Below are positions 1 to 10,936 of a stretch of DNA of 64,000 bases, piece by piece. How positions within the stretch are numbered: the first letter of the stretch is position 1; every line of letters starts with the position of its first letter. A program made the position numbers and the translations under genes. The notes under the pieces are model-generated. The model had not been told where the DNA came from, ran no database searches, and saw nothing but the letters and a program-made list of their open reading frames with translations. The stretch is from the IMG/VR virus record IMGVR_UViG_3300020190_000004; one strand, given 5' to 3'. This DNA is from a virus (taxonomy: Duplodnaviria; Caudoviricetes).

Positions 1-2417
1 AGTATGTCACAGCAAGTTCCTGTTCCACTACTGCCGGTTGGCCCAGTAGGTCCAACCGCTCCAGTAAGTTCAAATACAATTATGTTAGACGAAAGCGGTG
101 TTCCGTAGTATAAACTATTAAAACCAGCGCTTGCGATTGGTATCAAGTTTGTTAACTTGACAGATATCAAATCACCAGTGTCGAGTTCTAAGGCAACCGA
201 AACATTTACCTGTGATTTAGGACCTGTGTAATTATCAACGCTGCTAGTAGGACCAAAGCTGTTGCTTTGTAAGGTATAGAACTTATGACCCAAAGGTGGG
301 TTAGATCCTGGCGTAATCAGGGTAATGTCATATTCATCATCGACGGAATCGTATGTTACGTGAAATAGAGTAGTAGGATCTATGAATCTGTTAGTGGTAG
401 CACTAACTATAAAAAACGGTACTCGTGATAGCGAATTCGTTCCGCATGACCAAGGTCCGTTTCCTATTAAGTCAACACTCTGGCCTTTGTGATTTTCAAG
501 TGTGTGAACTACACCATCTGTCAGCGGAAACATCGGCAGGTCATTAACCAAGAGTTCAGCTTTTAAGAAGCCTGCGTAGTTTAAGTTATATGTAATAAAG
601 TAAGTGCCTGTCGCCGGCACAGTGACATAATCATTCACACCAAGCCAAGAAAATCCGTTATTCACGCGAGGGTTTCGGTCCCACTGGACATTAGCAGTAG
701 CACCGGGCGGTAGTGGGTTGTGGTCCCATTCTCCACCTTCAGGTAAATAGGCTGGAATATCAATGACTCTTAGTGCTGATCCTGCGGGTCCAGTCGCTCC
801 AGTCACACCAGTGGGTCCAGTGGGTCCAGTGGGTCCAGTGGGTCCAGTGCGTCCAGTAGGGCCTGTAGCACCCGTGGGTCCTGTAGCACCCGTAGGGCCT
901 GTAGCACCCGTAGGGCCTGTAACTCCTTGAGAACCCGTGGGTCCCGTAGGTCCTGTAACACCTTGAGGGCCTGTAGCACCCGTGGGTCCAGTGGGTCCAG
1001 TGGGTCCAGTGGGTCCAGTACCTCCTGTTCCACCCGTAGCACCGATAGGACCTCCACCGAAACCGTAAATCCTTATGATATCTCCGTCTAAAATTGATTG
1101 CGCCAGGGAATAACTGTAGTGATTGCGTACTACCTGAAATAAAGTGTGATTAAATCTATCGATCAAGAATTGGTCTGATACATAAGAAATGTCAGCCTGG
1201 TAATAATCTACCTTATCTCTCCAATCTTTAATAAGATTTTGTGGACTATGGTTAGGTGCGTCAAAAGTTTGCCATGCATCGCTCCAACTCCACGGTCTTA
1301 ACTCGTGAGTAGAACTTGCAGATGTGTATGAAGGGGGAACGTAAACTAACCCCAAGAATAGTTTGTCATCGCTAAGAATAGGCCAAGGAGAATAGGTATC
1401 ATATATTAAATGATCAGCTACATCACCAATTGAAAATATGGTACTGCTGTTAGAAAGCGTAGCATTTTCACTAAGCGTAATTGTAGTCCCTGATATGTTT
1501 GTTACATAAGTTCCTAGCGGAATTCCGTTACCTATAACAATGTCTCCGGTAACGCCAGGCATTGGGTGTACATTGGTAATAGAGTTAACTCCTGCTACAG
1601 TATTACCAACAAAAGCATAAAGGGTTCCGTTAGTATATGCAACCGCAAAAGAGTTATCAACAGGACTTAAACTTAAAGTTGCTGGAGAAACATCAACTGT
1701 ATCAATTACCCCCGCACCAGTATAACCAATGGCTGAAGCAGTAACGCCAATCCCAAGCCCCGGTCCAATAATAATGTCGCCGATGTTAATTGTCCCTGTT
1801 CCTAAACCAGCCAAATTACTTACGTCAAGAATGGAGTTTCCAGCTGTTCCTGAAGCCATGAAAGTAGTAGCACGACCTGTGTTATACGGTATCCCTTGAA
1901 CAGCACCAATTGCTCCTAAGTATTCCGTGCCTGATGTCCCAGGTACCATCGCCGGTGGAGCGGGAGATGGGAATCCGCTTTCTAGATATACAATATCAAT
2001 CCGCGCTTTGTTTACGTAGGTGTTATCGACGATTTGTATGTCTCCGTTAATTAAGGCTTGTTCATGGTAATAGTTTCTTCCGTATATTCTACCAACACCT
2101 GTCTCAACTTGCACCCACGTTGCTGCTCCTACTGCTGCTACAACATTAGGCTTTTGTACCTTTAGGCCTGATAAAATTGAGGGTTCGGTATTAGGCTGAA
2201 TAATCTCAGCGCCGTCTTGTGTATAAAGTTTACCTTTATCAAAATCAACGATCTCTTCTCCACGATAAATGGTTCTACCGCCGAAGTCTGTAGGGTTATC
2301 AACGTGGTTTGTCCCAGGTATAGCGCTCTTTGGTCTAGGCCAAGATTCTGCGGTAGAATTAAAGTACTTGTTAATTCTACGAACAAACGATGTTATAAGG
2401 TTAGTTTTTCCAGCCAC
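1..2417 (-). CDS. Large collagen-repeat virion fibre/structural protein (partial, runs off the window start)
   Basis: Not in the ORF track. Manual translation from GTG at 2417 ([19 protein letters not shown]...) stays open to position 3. It contains beta-rich Gly/Thr segments, a (Gly-X-Thr)n block, a C1q/BclA-CTD-like beta domain and the start of a second GPTGPTG block at the window edge. Confidence 0.8.
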   Translation of the reverse strand, partial: MAGKTNLITSFVRRINKYFNSTAESWPRPKSAIPGTNHVDNPTDFGGRTIYRGEEIVDFDKGKLYTQDGAEIIQPNTEPSILSGLKVQKPNVVAAVGAATWVQVETGVGRIYGRNYYHEQALINGDIQIVDNTYVNKARIDIVYLESGFPSPAPPAMVPGTSGTEYLGAIGAVQGIPYNTGRATTFMASGTAGNSILDVSNLAGLGTGTINIGDIIIGPGLGIGVTASAIGYTGAGVIDTVDVSPATLSLSPVDNSFAVAYTNGTLYAFVGNTVAGVNSITNVHPMPGVTGDIVIGNGIPLGTYVTNISGTTITLSENATLSNSSTIFSIGDVADHLIYDTYSPWPILSDDKLFLGLVYVPPSYTSASSTHELRPWSWSDAWQTFDAPNHSPQNLIKDWRDKVDYYQADISYVSDQFLIDRFNHTLFQVVRNHYSYSLAQSILDGDIIRIYGFGGGPIGATGGTGGTGPTGPTGPTGPTGATGPQGVTGPTGPTGSQGVTGPTGATGPTGATGPTGATGPTGRTGPTGPTGPTGPTGVTGATGPAGSALRVIDIPAYLPEGGEWDHNPLPPGATANVQWDRNPRVNNGFSWLGVNDYVTVPATGTYFITYNLNYAGFLKAELLVNDLPMFPLTDGVVHTLENHKGQSVDLIGNGPWSCGTNSLSRVPFFIVSATTNRFIDPTTLFHVTYDSVDDEYDITLITPGSNPPLGHKFYTLQSNSFGPTSSVDNYTGPKSQVNVSVALELDTGDLISVKLTNLIPIASAGFNSLYYGTPLSSNIIVFELTGAVGPTGPTGSSGTGTCCDI
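781..1050 (-). repeat. Collagen-like (Gly-X-Thr)n coding repeat, 9-bp units such as CCAGTGGGT and CCTGTAGCA
   Basis: Tandem 9-bp units encoding GPT/GAT/GVT in the frame of the <1..2417 gene. Confidence 0.9.
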
Positions 2418-2839
2418 TACTCAGTCGGGTTTTCTTTTTCTTTATTTAGCACATCTCGTAAGATAGCTGCGTATTCATAGTCTTCTCTCTCAATCGCTTG
2501 TTTAAGAGCAGCTTCCATAGATTCTCGTGACTGGAGGTTTTCCTCAAAGTGAAAATCCATTATTCGGAAAATGACTCTTATGTCACCTATGCTAGATCTC
2601 TCTCGCTCCCAGAAAACTACCCAACTACCATGTGAAATGTAGTTAAGGTGTTCCTCATTCATATGATTGAGAAGACTTCTTAGTTCTTCTTTTAATTCTG
2701 GTATGTTTGGTGTTCTGTGAATGATTTGTTTATCATGCTCAAATTCCCAAAGTATACCAAGTTTCTTATGGTAGCCTTTTATCTTAGCCCAGTCAATCAT
2801 ATTAATGACTCTGCTAATGGCTCTGTCTATAAGGTCCAT
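2417..2839 (-). CDS. Hypothetical protein with C-terminal UVR (UvrB/UvrC) motif
   Basis: C-terminal [24 protein letters not shown] matches the UVR coiled-coil pattern. Confidence 0.75.
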   Translation of the reverse strand: MDLIDRAISRVINMIDWAKIKGYHKKLGILWEFEHDKQIIHRTPNIPELKEELRSLLNHMNEEHLNYISHGSWVVFWERERSSIGDIRVIFRIMDFHFEENLQSRESMEAALKQAIEREDYEYAAILRDVLNKEKENPTE

Positions 2840-2871
2840 ATTTCAAAACCTTTTTTGTAAAAATCTTTTTC

Positions 2872-3414
2872 TTAGATAAATGATCGCCCGTTAAGACCGT
2901 CATTTCCAAGTAAGTACCCTCTAGCAGTACCCGGATTTAGAATTTCCTTTATGGAAATTGCATATATTGCTCCTGCTACAAAAATATCTCCAGGTAATAC
3001 CGCGTACTGTCCTGAAGCAAGAATAACTTCCATCTCATCCCCAGAACCAACGGAACCAGGAACAGTAGAAAATACTAAAGCCGCTGGTGTAAAATCATTA
3101 GCGCTGGGTGCATCAGGATCAAATAATAAAAAATCGTATTGTCCGGAGGATCCAGCTGGTGCTGTCCACGCCGCTCCGGTAATAGTCTTCAGTGTTAAAC
3201 TATTAGGTGCAACTAATGCATCAACTTGATAACTTGCAAAAATGTCGGATGTATCTCCTTGATAAATGGTTACAACATAACCAGCTAATGCCGCAGCATA
3301 AGCTGCATCACTTACGGATATATCCGAAGAACTGGCGGTAACAGTGCAGCGCCCTTTTACAGTTTGCTGGGCATAAGACCTTGCAGCCATAGGGTAAATT
3401 CTTGTGTATATCAT
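2872..3414 (-). CDS. Hypothetical protein, probably virion structural (beta-rich)
   Basis: 180-aa ORF, Ala/Ser/Thr/Gly-rich, preceded by a GATATATA late motif. Confidence 0.65.
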   Translation of the reverse strand: MIYTRIYPMAARSYAQQTVKGRCTVTASSSDISVSDAAYAAALAGYVVTIYQGDTSDIFASYQVDALVAPNSLTLKTITGAAWTAPAGSSGQYDFLLFDPDAPSANDFTPAALVFSTVPGSVGSGDEMEVILASGQYAVLPGDIFVAGAIYAISIKEILNPGTARGYLLGNDGLNGRSFI

Positions 3415-3438
3415 GTCTTATTGTATTTCTATTTTGAG

Positions 3439-3446
3439 TATATATC
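3439..3446 (-). promoter_or_regulatory. Putative late promoter GATATATA
   Basis: Exact motif recurs upstream of at least 11 structural/late genes in the window. Confidence 0.6.
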
Positions 3447-3474
3447 TTGTGGATTGATTGTATAAAAACTTACT

Positions 3475-4415
<941 letters not shown>

Positions 4416-4419
<4 letters not shown>

Positions 4420-4907
4420 AGTACCAAGAATGTATTTTCATCTATAAGAAAGACACCGTCTCTCTCTAATTTTAAGTATGAAGCATCGTTTACATCAAGA
4501 ATGTTTTTTCTTGCCCATGTGCCTATTACTTTCCATTTTGCAGTAAGTAAGTCAGCATCTAGTGCATTTTCTCCACCTATACTGGTTATATATGTATTTA
4601 CTGCAACATCTTCTCCCTCGGGCATTATAGGAATTTCTTCTATAGTCATTTTCTTTTGTAAGTGACTTTCAACAGCTTCAATAGCAACATTGAGATATTC
4701 TTCACTTCTAACATAAGTATGTAGCCTATTTGCGGGAAGCCTTTTGATAGTCCTATCACTACCCTGATCTATGATATACAGAGTCTCATAGTATTGTTTT
4801 TCAGTTGGTAAATTCCAATATGCTGCATCAAGATCCCCCCAACTTATGGTGTATCCTCCGCCCGCAATAGCAACTCCTTCGTCAAGCTGTTGATCTGTGT
4901 AATACAT
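4416..4907 (-). CDS. Hypothetical protein
   Basis: 163-aa ORF, start overlaps the upstream stop (TAATG). Confidence 0.65.
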
Positions 4908-6058
4908 TAACTAGCTAACATAATTTTGATAGGTAAGTCATAATCATGTGGGTTCTTAAGCCACAATGACTCTATGTATAACTTGTCTGTGTCTGTGATA
5001 TCTTGCGCTGTAGTATGTAAGTAGAAATCACCCATGTTTCTCCACGTTACGACTGAGGGCGACCATACATGTGAGAGTGTTTGCGTTAAAGCAGGAAAGC
5101 TATCTCCTATAGCAATATCTGTTGAAAAGAAGTAACCGTCCATTTCTTTAACTAACCCTCTTCTTAGATTATTTCCACTTGCTTTAATTAGATCACCCTT
5201 AGCAAAGTGATAACCTATATGATCTGGACTGGATTGATTCCAAGTCCAGTTAACAGAAGCGTTTGCGTTATTTAGGATAGGGTTAGCGGTGATAGGAGAA
5301 CCAGGATTTTTAATTCTAAAGTAATCTTCTTCAAACGCGTATTCAATATACTTCTTATTTGATTTCATATCCCCAGATGCATCTAAACACCCACATGAAC
5401 TTAGCACATTTGCTTTGTAGTAATCTGGGTATATTAGCATGATTTTAACCCGCGGTCTTTCATACTTAAGATACGGTACAAGTAAATTTCCTGGGTGAAC
5501 AAATGGGAATGGCAAGTATCCGCCAAAACCGTCTAAGTCAAAGCTAAATACATGCCTATACTTGACACCTCTCTTAGACGCTGTTACAAATAAAGGTGAA
5601 TTGGGACCGACAAACTGCGATGCATCGAATGATACCAGGTTCTTAATCTTTGTAGAACCGCTAATCGCCGTAGACAGAGCAGTCTGGAAATCTATAAATG
5701 GCTCAGAGTTTTCATCGACGGTAAATGATATCGTTTCTATTAGATTTAAGTCTACGTCATATAATGAGTAAGAATGAGAAGTGCCATCTCCGCAAAAATC
5801 TGCGTTAGCAATAAATGCAAACTTTTCATTAAGAGGCCACTGAACTCCTAAACTTGAAACGTCAATCTTTTTTATCTCACCTGCTTTAAGAGTCATTGAC
5901 CTTTCTTCATAGTTTGTAACTGGTACAAACAGTTTTTGAAGATCAACGGACAACTGCGTTTCAATCCCTTTGACTATTCCGGCCTTCTTACATTCAGTAA
6001 TTCTAAAAGCAAGTATGCTGTAGTCAGGTGGACATTTAATAGGTGGCTTGATTGACAT
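4907..6058 (-). CDS. Hypothetical protein, probably structural
   Basis: 383-aa ORF in a tightly packed operon with fibre genes. Confidence 0.7.
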   Translation of the reverse strand: MSIKPPIKCPPDYSILAFRITECKKAGIVKGIETQLSVDLQKLFVPVTNYEERSMTLKAGEIKKIDVSSLGVQWPLNEKFAFIANADFCGDGTSHSYSLYDVDLNLIETISFTVDENSEPFIDFQTALSTAISGSTKIKNLVSFDASQFVGPNSPLFVTASKRGVKYRHVFSFDLDGFGGYLPFPFVHPGNLLVPYLKYERPRVKIMLIYPDYYKANVLSSCGCLDASGDMKSNKKYIEYAFEEDYFRIKNPGSPITANPILNNANASVNWTWNQSSPDHIGYHFAKGDLIKASGNNLRRGLVKEMDGYFFSTDIAIGDSFPALTQTLSHVWSPSVVTWRNMGDFYLHTTAQDITDTDKLYIESLWLKNPHDYDLPIKIMLAS

Positions 6059-6076
6059 TTTACATAAACGGTTCTT

Positions 6077-6847
6077 TTACATATTCACACCCGGCATTAT
6101 TTGAGGGTTCATGAATGATTTTCTCCCCTCTCTTTCTGGTGTGCGAGATTTTTCTTTATAGTTTTCAATATCTTTTTGCGTAAGTTCCCCTGACTTTTGT
6201 AGAGCTTCTATTAATTCAGGATCAACTTCACCTCCTGCGTAATCAGGTTCTTCTGCAGGCATATCTTCGATTTCATACGGCGTAAAGGCTAAAGCGCTTG
6301 GCTCGTCTGTAATATCTTCTTCTGTAGGAGTAGGAAGTTTGCCTTCTTCTCGAAGTTCATTTACTTTTTCCCACACACGTTTCTCTACTTCTTTGTTATC
6401 TGTGTCATCATCTTCATTAGGTTTAATGTAATCAACAAGAGACTTAATAAAACCTAGTGCTACGAGAGGGAGAACTGCTCCACTAATTACAGCAAGAACC
6501 CTCTTTTGGAAAAGAGGTTCAGAATCTGTCAAACCAAAGAGGTCAACCCAGGCTTGGTAATCATTTAGATTCACAAATGCGAAATAAGTGTTTCCCATCA
6601 TTTGCATTAGCGTTAAAATGATAAACAGCCCCCATATAAGAGTCTTGTTCATCTTCTTAAGAGCAATGATAGAAGCAAGAGAAGCTGCCGCCCCGATCTC
6701 AAACGCAATAGCAAGTGATACTGCTAGCCAATCAGGGTTTGACAACTTAAAAAAGTCAATTACGTGGATAGTAGAAATCAAACTTACAATAGCATACAAG
6801 GTGACAAACGTCCCGATGACAAAGTATTTGACCGTTTTTGTATTCAT
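6077..6847 (-). CDS. Multi-pass membrane protein with acidic C-terminal tail
   Basis: About four hydrophobic N-terminal segments followed by an acidic, Pro-rich tail. Confidence 0.7.
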   Translation of the reverse strand: MNTKTVKYFVIGTFVTLYAIVSLISTIHVIDFFKLSNPDWLAVSLAIAFEIGAAASLASIIALKKMNKTLIWGLFIILTLMQMMGNTYFAFVNLNDYQAWVDLFGLTDSEPLFQKRVLAVISGAVLPLVALGFIKSLVDYIKPNEDDDTDNKEVEKRVWEKVNELREEGKLPTPTEEDITDEPSALAFTPYEIEDMPAEEPDYAGGEVDPELIEALQKSGELTQKDIENYKEKSRTPEREGRKSFMNPQIMPGVNM

Positions 6848-7137
6848 TACTTTTCTAGTTTCTTTAATTCTTCATCGATGGCAGATTGACGCTGCACATC
6901 AAGAATTTTTCTGTCGGTTGATTGAATCATTCGCTTCTCAACTTTCAGGCCTTCAATCTGTAAATCTTTTCTTGTCACTGTTATCTGCTCAAGACTGTCG
7001 ATTTTTTGTGAAAGGGTGTCAAGTCTTTTATTCACAGACTTATTTGGGTTTCCGCAGGTATTGAAGAATATCAATATGACTACTACTAAAAGTACTTTAG
7101 TACCATGCGTACTTACAAATTCATTAATCTTTTTCAT
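6847..7137 (-). CDS. Putative lipoprotein/coiled-coil membrane protein
   Basis: Basic N-terminus, hydrophobic stretch ending FFNT-C-G (lipobox-like), then heptad repeats. Confidence 0.6.
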   Translation of the reverse strand: MKKINEFVSTHGTKVLLVVVILIFFNTCGNPNKSVNKRLDTLSQKIDSLEQITVTRKDLQIEGLKVEKRMIQSTDRKILDVQRQSAIDEELKKLEK

Positions 7138-7143
7138 CGATAG

Positions 7144-7725
7144 TTATTTCGTTAATTCTTCTTGTATTTCTTTCAACACACTATCTTCGTTCTCGATATC
7201 TATCCCGCTGTCAATAGCAGACTCAAGAGTACCACGATCTCTAACCAATTGATCAATCTCAGCACGATCATTTTTTGAACGGCTAAGAGCGTCAGTCACT
7301 GGCTTAAGAAGGTCATTTACAAACGAAGTTGCGTTCGTTAAGCCTTTACCTTCAACTTTGGTTAAGAAGTAGTAAACAGCTTCAACAGCAAGAGCTGGTA
7401 TAAGTAATTCTTTAGTCTTATTCTTAAGAATATCCTTTTGCGCGTCTTCTATTTGGCGAGTTGCCTCAATCACACCGAGTGCCTCGCTAAATTTCCAACT
7501 AGCATCTTCCTTCAAGAAATTTAATATAGAAGATGCTGTTTTAGTACCGCCTTCTATAATGTACTTCTTGTTTTCAATTTCTTTTTCCTTTGCTTCGATT
7601 TTTTCGCTAAGTTTCTTAACCATATCGGCTCGCATGACGTTTCTAACTTCTATTTCTTCTTTTTTAGAAACGATTTTTGCATTAATTTGTTGTTCTTGTG
7701 TTTCCATAATTTTTGATTTGTCCAT
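7144..7725 (-). CDS. Coiled-coil hypothetical protein
   Basis: 193 aa, K/E-rich helical; GATATATA immediately upstream. Confidence 0.7.
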   Translation of the reverse strand: MDKSKIMETQEQQINAKIVSKKEEIEVRNVMRADMVKKLSEKIEAKEKEIENKKYIIEGGTKTASSILNFLKEDASWKFSEALGVIEATRQIEDAQKDILKNKTKELLIPALAVEAVYYFLTKVEGKGLTNATSFVNDLLKPVTDALSRSKNDRAEIDQLVRDRGTLESAIDSGIDIENEDSVLKEIQEELTK

Positions 7726-7727
7726 TG

Positions 7728-7735
7728 TATATATC
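7728..7735 (-). promoter_or_regulatory. Putative late promoter GATATATA
   Basis: Exact recurring motif. Confidence 0.55.
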
Positions 7736-7746
7736 TTGTTTATTTA

Positions 7747-8226
7747 TTAGAAGAGTTTCATTAAAAGATCCCATAGATAGGTAATTGCACTGAATGTCCA
7801 TGTATCTAACTTAGTTAAGAAAAATGTTAATACGAAAATTAACCAGATAAAAACTTTCCAAACTGTTAAGTAACTAAAGATTGGCACATAAACTATCAAA
7901 AAAGAATTAGTATCATTTACTTGTTCGTAGGCAGGTGATACTGAGTAACCTAAGCCAATTTTATCAATGTAAAGGTTCATTGGTTTAAGTCTATCAGCGT
8001 ACTTAATTTTGAGTATCTCAATCGTGTCCCCGTCGTCTGTTGGGGACTGAGGATTAAGTACCGTGTATATGCGCCCAACCCAATCAGCTCTCAGATTAAA
8101 CGATTCCCAATCAGAGGTTTTTTTGTGTTTTCTGATAGTTTTCATTACGTATCTCCAATTACTTAAGTCTATCCACAATAGACGAAGACCTCTAGCCTTA
8201 AAGAAATTTTTTAACCATGTAATCAT
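7747..8226 (-). CDS. Hypothetical protein with C-terminal transmembrane segment
   Basis: 159 aa with hydrophobic YLTVWKVFIWLIFVLTFFL. Confidence 0.65.
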   Translation of the reverse strand: MITWLKNFFKARGLRLLWIDLSNWRYVMKTIRKHKKTSDWESFNLRADWVGRIYTVLNPQSPTDDGDTIEILKIKYADRLKPMNLYIDKIGLGYSVSPAYEQVNDTNSFLIVYVPIFSYLTVWKVFIWLIFVLTFFLTKLDTWTFSAITYLWDLLMKLF

Positions 8227-8834
8227 AATGCTTCTTGGTATTTTTTTAGTAACGCTGGATCTCTTTTGACAATTTCAGCCCTGATTAACCTGCGAGCTTT
8301 ATGTATGCGCGTTCTTACTGTATTTACTTTCCAGCCAAGATCTTCAGCGATTTCATCGTATTTCTTTTTCTCAACCTCACGAAGAGTAAGAACTTCTTTG
8401 TACATGTCTGGTAAGTTATTGATTTCTTCAAGAACGATGTCGTGTAATCTTTCAGTAGTATTTACAAATTCATCTTCAGCAAAATCAGGTATATCATAGC
8501 CCACTTTGGCTTCAACGTTGATACCCATCTCTTTCATTGCATCGTATGAATATGTTTTCTTTTTACTGCGGAAGAATAGCAAAGCTTCGTTGCGGGCGAT
8601 TCGGTAAACCCAAGTAGAAAAATTCCAATAAGGGTCGTATTGGTGAATTTTGCCCCAGACTTTGGCAAATGTAGTCGCGATAACTTCTTCACGATCGTCC
8701 ATGTTTGGTAGCATTTCTCGCAAGTACATACTGATACCAGGTTTCATTCTGTAGTAAACAGCGGTGAAGTCCTTTTCTGTGCGAGTTTCAAAAAAGTTAA
8801 GACCTATTCTTTGAAGTGTTTGTTTTTCGTGCAT
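8223..8834 (-). CDS. ECF-family RNA polymerase sigma factor (sigma-70 regions 2 and 4)
   Basis: Region 2: VIATTFAKVWGKIHQYDPYWNFSTWVYRIARNEAL. Region 4: LPDMYKEVLTLREVEKKKYDEIAEDLGWKVNTVRTRIHKARR. Confidence 0.9.
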   Translation of the reverse strand: MHEKQTLQRIGLNFFETRTEKDFTAVYYRMKPGISMYLREMLPNMDDREEVIATTFAKVWGKIHQYDPYWNFSTWVYRIARNEALLFFRSKKKTYSYDAMKEMGINVEAKVGYDIPDFAEDEFVNTTERLHDIVLEEINNLPDMYKEVLTLREVEKKKYDEIAEDLGWKVNTVRTRIHKARRLIRAEIVKRDPALLKKYQEAL

Positions 8835-8852
8835 ATATTATTTTTTGTTTAC

Positions 8853-8913
8853 AGTATAAAAATAACTAAAAATTTTCATATAGTAAACCATTTTTCTAAT
8901 AAGTTATTAACAA
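8853..8913 (-). promoter_or_regulatory. Variant host-type (Bacteroidota sigma-A-like) early promoter with upstream TGTTAATAAC box
   Basis: TTTA-N19-TATTTTTA-TACT plus TGTTAATAAC; resembles three better-conserved copies at 30611, 34085 and 60221. Confidence 0.5.
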
Positions 8914-8914
8914 C

Positions 8915-9385
8915 TTAGCGACGGTTTATTGTTGTGTAATAATCTTGGTAGAGAGATTTTATGTCACCGTACATAATGCCGTAATTGTCAAGTATTTGTA
9001 GGTGTTTAGTTTCGCGGTATTCTTCGATCCAGTATATGTACTTGAACCCAGCATTTACTAGGACTTTTGTACATACACTACACGGTGAGTGACTAAGTAA
9101 AACAATGTAGTTTTCAGGATCACTCTCACGAAATTTAGCTATCATGTTCACCTCTGCGTGAATGAACCCTGATAAACCAGGATCAAGTGATTCTTCCTCA
9201 GTACCTGTAGTGGAATTAATAGGCGCATCAGGAAAGCTTCCGTTGTAGCCAAAAGATGCTATCTTCTGAAACTTTCGGTGAACCGATATTGCGCCAACTT
9301 TGAGACGAGAAGACGTAGACAGCTTGGATATCTGTTCAAGTATATTTACAAACGTGTCTACCTTTTGAACTATTCGGGGGGTCAT
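8915..9385 (-). CDS. cd: dCMP deaminase (cytidine/deoxycytidylate deaminase family)
   Basis: Zn motifs HAE...SPCSVC, plus the KVGA and GYNG motifs. Confidence 0.9.
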   Translation of the reverse strand: MTPRIVQKVDTFVNILEQISKLSTSSRLKVGAISVHRKFQKIASFGYNGSFPDAPINSTTGTEEESLDPGLSGFIHAEVNMIAKFRESDPENYIVLLSHSPCSVCTKVLVNAGFKYIYWIEEYRETKHLQILDNYGIMYGDIKSLYQDYYTTINRR

Positions 9386-9390
9386 TCAGA

Positions 9391-9675
9391 CTATTTTGTC
9401 TCAGATTCTTCTGCTACCGGCTCAGCTGATTCTTGTGTTATTTCTTCCTTTGCTGATTCTTTAATTTGCGTAGGTAGAATTTGGAAAAATTCAGCTACTT
9501 CATTGTAAGGAAACTCCCCGACGAACTGGACGATTGAATTTAGTTCTTGTTCGCTGTAGTTAAAACCGTCACGGTTGATTAGGTTCATGTAAGGGAACAC
9601 TGCGGAAAATTTCTTAGTGTTCAAAAGAGCTGTTGCTCGCGTCTTAAACTCTGGGGTTACTGTGTAGTTTTTCAT
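9391..9675 (-). CDS. Hypothetical protein
   Basis: 94-aa ORF with an ECF-type promoter upstream. Confidence 0.65.
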   Translation of the reverse strand: MKNYTVTPEFKTRATALLNTKKFSAVFPYMNLINRDGFNYSEQELNSIVQFVGEFPYNEVAEFFQILPTQIKESAKEEITQESAEPVAEESETK

Positions 9676-9696
9676 GATTGAAGTTAATGATTTATT

Positions 9697-9724
9697 GTTT
9701 ATATAACGGTTTTGTAAATAGTTC
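9697..9724 (-). promoter_or_regulatory. Putative ECF-type (middle) promoter GAAC-N17-TATAAA
   Basis: One of 12 intergenic (G/A)AAC-N17/18-TATAA elements. Confidence 0.65.
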
Positions 9725-10297
9725 TTAAATTTTGCTTACATTTTTCAACAACAGTTCGTTTGTGTTAGGCAGGTCCATCCATTCAGTAATGGCTTCATAA
9801 AGATCTCCAATCTTATAGAATGGATTGGATATTGATATATCGTAGTTTTCAAAAAACTTAAAGTCTACTTCATCAGCTTCAATTCTTCTGTCTACGCTAT
9901 CAGCGTTTCCGCCTCTTTCATACATGCGATTCTTTCTGTACTCGAGCGGTATATCAAAGTATATGACAAGTGAATCACGCCTGTCTTGTTCTGATAAATG
10001 TGATAAACCCACGGGTGTCATAATGAACACTGAGTTAAGTGTGTGAAATTGCTCGTGTGTGGTTCCATAGTACCAGTCATTAAACACAACGTACTCAAAC
10101 CACAAACCTTTCTTTATCATATCATTAAACTCACTCTTACTCAAAAAGTAATAGTCAGACCCATCGGTCTCTTCATCTCTTGGTGGTCTTGTTGTGTAAG
10201 ATACTTGATAAGGCATACCAAACCACTGCTCGCATATCTTTCTTGCGTGATCTTTACCGGCTGCTGACTTTCCAATCAGTATGATTCTTTTTTTCAC
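9725..10297 (-). CDS. gmk: Guanylate kinase
   Basis: P-loop GKSAAGKD, SYTTRPPRDEETDGSDYYFL, and WYYGT. Confidence 0.9.
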   Translation of the reverse strand: MKKRIILIGKSAAGKDHARKICEQWFGMPYQVSYTTRPPRDEETDGSDYYFLSKSEFNDMIKKGLWFEYVVFNDWYYGTTHEQFHTLNSVFIMTPVGLSHLSEQDRRDSLVIYFDIPLEYRKNRMYERGGNADSVDRRIEADEVDFKFFENYDISISNPFYKIGDLYEAITEWMDLPNTNELLLKNVSKI

Positions 10298-10581
10298 GCT
10301 TTTCTAAATAGGGATGTTATACATAAATATATTATACCTGCTTCAAAGAAGTTAAGTGTTAATTCTGGGTTGACATACTTACTTAAAATAATGTATTGTG
10401 CTCCATAGAAAGCAAGGTACATGAAAACTAACTGAAAGATTTTGCTAAGCTGCGGTATTTTCTTTTCTGGTTTATTTTCATTCGTGCTTGGCTCTTTAGG
10501 ACCAGACTCATCCTCGCCGGGGTTAGCTCTGAAGCTGACAAGCTTTTGTCGCAAGTAATTTGTTTTGTCTTTATCGTTCAT
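10294..10581 (-). CDS. Small membrane protein
   Basis: Two hydrophobic C-terminal segments. Confidence 0.6.
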   Translation of the reverse strand: MNDKDKTNYLRQKLVSFRANPGEDESGPKEPSTNENKPEKKIPQLSKIFQLVFMYLAFYGAQYIILSKYVNPELTLNFFEAGIIYLCITSLFRKA

Positions 10582-10600
10582 GTGTTTCTCGTGTTATAGT

Positions 10601-10628
10601 ATTTATATTAAGATATTGAATTTAGTTC
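10601..10628 (-). promoter_or_regulatory. Putative ECF-type promoter GAAC-N17-TATAAA
   Basis: Matches the recurring bipartite motif. Confidence 0.6.
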
Positions 10629-10663
10629 TCGGTACAATATATAAAGTAGATGACATCTGTTAC

Positions 10664-10699
10664 AAAAAAGAATGAGGTATGAGTTAATACCCATACCTC
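10664..10699 (-). terminator. Rho-independent terminator
   Basis: 11-bp stem GAGGTATGGGT/ACTCATACCTC (one G-U), 4-nt loop, followed by ATTCTTTTTT. Confidence 0.7.
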
Positions 10700-10732
10700 T
10701 CGTTAAGATTCTTCTAATGTCTTCTATTTGCT

Positions 10733-10936
10733 TTAGTACTCGTGTTCATCGAGTTCTTTGTTAGAACTCTTTATTCCAGGTGTAAAGTATCCTTTTTGTT
10801 TATTAAAAGCCGCTGAAAACATTTCCCAACCCTTGTCGTTAACAGGTGGTTGTACTACGTATTTAGGAGGCGTGTAGTCACTTGTCATCCCTTTTTCGAA
10901 TTTATCGAATTTAGGAGTCTTTTTCTTACTGCTCAT
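10733..10936 (-). CDS. Small hypothetical protein (likely start MSSKKK at 10936)
   Basis: ATG overlaps the 3' end of the upstream gene; the ORF track start at 10981 is probably too far upstream. Confidence 0.55.
   Translation of the reverse strand: MSSKKKTPKFDKFEKGMTSDYTPPKYVVQPPVNDKGWEMFSAAFNKQKGYFTPGIKSSNKELDEHEY

Noticed and set aside
803-1057. ORF-track protein with DPL/VLQ repeats
   Set aside because: Alternative reading frame of the Gly-Pro-Thr collagen repeat in the real <1..2417 gene.
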